A program made the translations under genes and the position numbers. Shown here piece after piece: positions 61,277-64,000 of a DNA stretch of 64,000 nucleotides; within the stretch, counting starts at the first letter, position 1; each line of letters starts with the position of its first letter. Under the pieces are notes generated by a model. That model ran no database searches and had not been told where the DNA came from. It was given only the letters and a program-made list of their open reading frames with translations. The DNA comes from Moraxellaceae bacterium (GTDB lineage: Bacteria > Pseudomonadota > Gammaproteobacteria > Pseudomonadales > Moraxellaceae), in the NCBI GenBank assembly GCA_025363155.1, contig JANYEL010000168.1:13111-77110 (forward strand), read 5' to 3'.

Positions 61277-62866
61277 TTACTCCCATTCAATAGTCGCCGG
61301 TGGCTTGCTGGACACGTCATACACAACGCGTGAGACTTCAGCGATTTCGTTCATGATGCGATTACTGATGATCTCGACCAAATCATAAGGCAGATGGGCA
61401 AAACGTGCAGTCATGAAATCCACTGTTTCAACGGCGCGCAGCGCAATCACCCATGCATAACGACGCGCATCGCCAACGACACCCACTGATTTAATCGGCT
61501 GGAATACTGCGAAGGCTTGTGCAGTTTTGTCATACCAACCACTTCTGCGTAGCTCTTCCATAAAAATCGCATCAGCACGGCGCAGGATATCTGCATATTC
61601 TTGTTTCACTTCACCCAAAATCCGCACGCCCAAACCAGGACCTGGGAATGGATGACGGTAGATCATTGCATGAGGTAAACCAAGGGTTGTGCCCAGTTTG
61701 CGGACTTCGTCTTTAAACAAATCACGCAGTGGTTCGACCAAATCAAACTCCAAATCATCAGGCAAACCGCCCACATTGTGATGCGATTTGATTACATGGG
61801 CTTTGCCTTGCTTGCTTGCAGCAGATTCAATGACGTCAGGATAAATCGTACCTTGCGCCAAGAATTTCACACCGTCTAATTTACGCGCTTCTTCAGCGAA
61901 GACTTCGATAAACACACGACCAATAATTTTGCGTTTCGCTTCTGGATCAGTCACGCCTGTCAGTTCAGATAGGAAACGGTCTTGAGCATTAGCGCGAATG
62001 ACCTTCATACCATGATCGCCAGCAAACATGGTCATCACGTCATCGCCTTCATTGAGGCGAAGTAAGCCATTATCCACAAACACACAAGTCAGTTGATCGC
62101 CAATCGCACGGTGCAACAGTGCTGCAACCACGGAAGAATCCACGCCGCCTGACAAACCAAGGAGGACTTTTTCACTGCCAATTTGTGCGCGTAATTGTTC
62201 AATACGTAAGTCAATAATATGTTCTGGTGTCCACAAACCGCGTGCACCACAAATATCTAGCACGAAACGTTTTAGCAGGGCTTCGCCTTGATTGGTATGC
62301 GTCACTTCTGGGTGGAATTGCACACCGAAGAATTTACGGGACACATCGCTCATCGCAGCGATTGGGCAAGTTGGTGTGCTTGCACTGACGACAAATTGCG
62401 GGGGCAAAGTATTGACTTTATCGCCGTGACTCATCCACACATGCAGTTTATTGGGTTCATCTTCGATGCCCGCAAACAATGCATCTGCTGCTTGAACAGT
62501 CACATCAGCACGACCAAACTCATGAACGAGACCATTTTCGACTGAACCACCCAATTGCGCAGCCATGGTTTGCATGCCGTAGCAAATGCCCAAAACAGGC
62601 ACACCCAGATTAAAGACCACTTCAGGAGCGCGTGGACTAGCATCAGCGGTAACGCTTTCTGGGCCGCCAGACAGGATGATTCCTTTTGGGTTAAACGCGC
62701 GAATATCCGCTTCATCCATGTCATACGCATACATTTCCGAGTACACGCCCGCCTCGCGCACACGGCGCGCAATCAGTTGGCTATATTGCGAACCGAAATC
62801 AAGAATAAGGATACGATCTTGGCTGATTGTAGGAACAGCGGATGAGTTGGCAGCAGCTTGAGTCAT
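61277..62866 (-). CDS. guaA: GMP synthase (glutamine-hydrolysing)
   Basis: [31 protein letters not shown] and KPPATIEWE motifs. Confidence 0.98.
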   Translation of the reverse strand: MTQAAANSSAVPTISQDRILILDFGSQYSQLIARRVREAGVYSEMYAYDMDEADIRAFNPKGIILSGGPESVTADASPRAPEVVFNLGVPVLGICYGMQTMAAQLGGSVENGLVHEFGRADVTVQAADALFAGIEDEPNKLHVWMSHGDKVNTLPPQFVVSASTPTCPIAAMSDVSRKFFGVQFHPEVTHTNQGEALLKRFVLDICGARGLWTPEHIIDLRIEQLRAQIGSEKVLLGLSGGVDSSVVAALLHRAIGDQLTCVFVDNGLLRLNEGDDVMTMFAGDHGMKVIRANAQDRFLSELTGVTDPEAKRKIIGRVFIEVFAEEARKLDGVKFLAQGTIYPDVIESAASKQGKAHVIKSHHNVGGLPDDLEFDLVEPLRDLFKDEVRKLGTTLGLPHAMIYRHPFPGPGLGVRILGEVKQEYADILRRADAIFMEELRRSGWYDKTAQAFAVFQPIKSVGVVGDARRYAWVIALRAVETVDFMTARFAHLPYDLVEIISNRIMNEIAEVSRVVYDVSSKPPATIEWE

Positions 62867-63132
62867 GGGTCTTTGATTCGGTGATATTAAAGATGGCGCA
62901 TTTTAGCAGTTTTTATGCATCTAAGCAGCAGTCGATTTTTAGTCGCATTGGACATTTCTAATTGACATATCTCGTCGTCATTTATGGGGAATATTTACAA
63001 CTCTACTAACTATGACAATGATGTTAGAGTAAAATGAGTGATTAATGATTTTTAATCGTGTGAAATCTTCACGCGAGCAACTTTTTTTGTTCGTTGCATA
63101 TTTTGCTATTAGCATATTCATAGAGCCTGACC

Positions 63133-64000
63133 ATGACCATTGCGACCAATGCCCTGTTTACACAAAATAACCCTCAACCAACCGCAACGCCGACAGCAAA
63201 AAAAATACCGCATGTGTTGGTGATTTTAGATGGGTTTGGGCATCGGGAAGAAGTCGCGGATAACGCCATCTTGGCTGCGCATACGCCGAATTTAGACGCG
63301 ATTAAAGCCAAACATCCGCACGGTTTGATTTCAGGCTCGGGCGAAGATGTTGGTTTGCCTGATGGACAAATGGGCAACTCCGAAGTCGGTCATATGAGCT
63401 TAGGTTCAGGACGCGTGCTGTATCAAGACTTTACTCGCATTACCAAAGATATTCGTGATGGCTTGTTCTTCGAACATCCTGTACTCACTTCAGCGGTCGA
63501 TGCTGCACTGGCGAAAAATGCAGCGGTGCATGTCATCGGCTTACTGTCTGATGGTGGCGTGCATTCACATGAAGATCATTTAATTGCAATGTGCGAACTC
63601 GCGTCGAAACGTGGTGCAACGGTTTATGTCCATGCCTTCCTCGATGGTCGTGATACGCCGCCACGCAGTGCTGCCAAATCATTAGCCAAAATGGAACAGG
63701 CTCTAGCATCATTATCAACACCCGCACGTATCGTTTCACTGTGTGGACGTTATTTTGCAATGGATCGAGATGAGCGTTGGGATCGCGTTGAATTGGCGTA
63801 TCGATTGCTCACGGAAGGCGTTTCAACACGCCAAGCAGAGAGCGCGGAAGCTGGTTTAGAGGCTGCCTATGCGGCAGATGAAAATGACGAATTCGTCAAA
63901 CCCACCTCGATTGGCGCACCTGTTCATATCCAAGATCATGACAGCGTCGTCTTTATGAATTTCCGCGCCGATCGCGCACGCGAAATCACGCGCGCATTTG
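63133..64000 (+). CDS. gpmI: 2,3-bisphosphoglycerate-independent phosphoglycerate mutase (runs off the window end)
   Basis: Read manually (not in ORF track): [46 protein letters not shown]. Confidence 0.95.
   Translation, partial: MTIATNALFTQNNPQPTATPTAKKIPHVLVILDGFGHREEVADNAILAAHTPNLDAIKAKHPHGLISGSGEDVGLPDGQMGNSEVGHMSLGSGRVLYQDFTRITKDIRDGLFFEHPVLTSAVDAALAKNAAVHVIGLLSDGGVHSHEDHLIAMCELASKRGATVYVHAFLDGRDTPPRSAAKSLAKMEQALASLSTPARIVSLCGRYFAMDRDERWDRVELAYRLLTEGVSTRQAESAEAGLEAAYAADENDEFVKPTSIGAPVHIQDHDSVVFMNFRADRAREITRAF

Overview
Chromosomal window from a Gammaproteobacterium, most likely Moraxellaceae (Acinetobacter-related; inferred from the fil cluster, mesD/mesX and housekeeping proteins). 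0.3-31 kb is an accessory, lipid/hydrophobic-substrate-oriented region. It holds the MesD/MesX methionine synthase, AraC-, HxlR- and TetR-linked catabolic clusters, four paralogous ferritin-like 'metal-dependent hydrolase' genes, an AtuD-like acyl-CoA dehydrogenase, an MpaB/Lcp-like oxygenase, a lipase, traces of an old segmental duplication, and an AT-rich two-gene insert (DUF4747-like protein plus a membrane zinc-ribbon protein) that could be an anti-phage module. 31-48 kb is mostly core genes (rpe, katG, frmA/frmB split by a peroxiredoxin, a class A beta-lactamase and a small lipoprotein, bioCD, rsmJ, uppP, tsaB, mobA, Nudix). 48.4-49.8 kb is a complete IS3-family element. 49.8-59.2 kb is a filA-filA-filBCDEF surface-filament cluster whose two subunits carry a double-glycine-like propeptide matching the co-encoded C39 peptidase. 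The window ends with pabB, guaA and a truncated gpmI. Several REP-like and palindromic repeat families are present; I saw no rRNA, tRNA or CRISPR array. All family assignments come from motif recognition by eye, not database searches.
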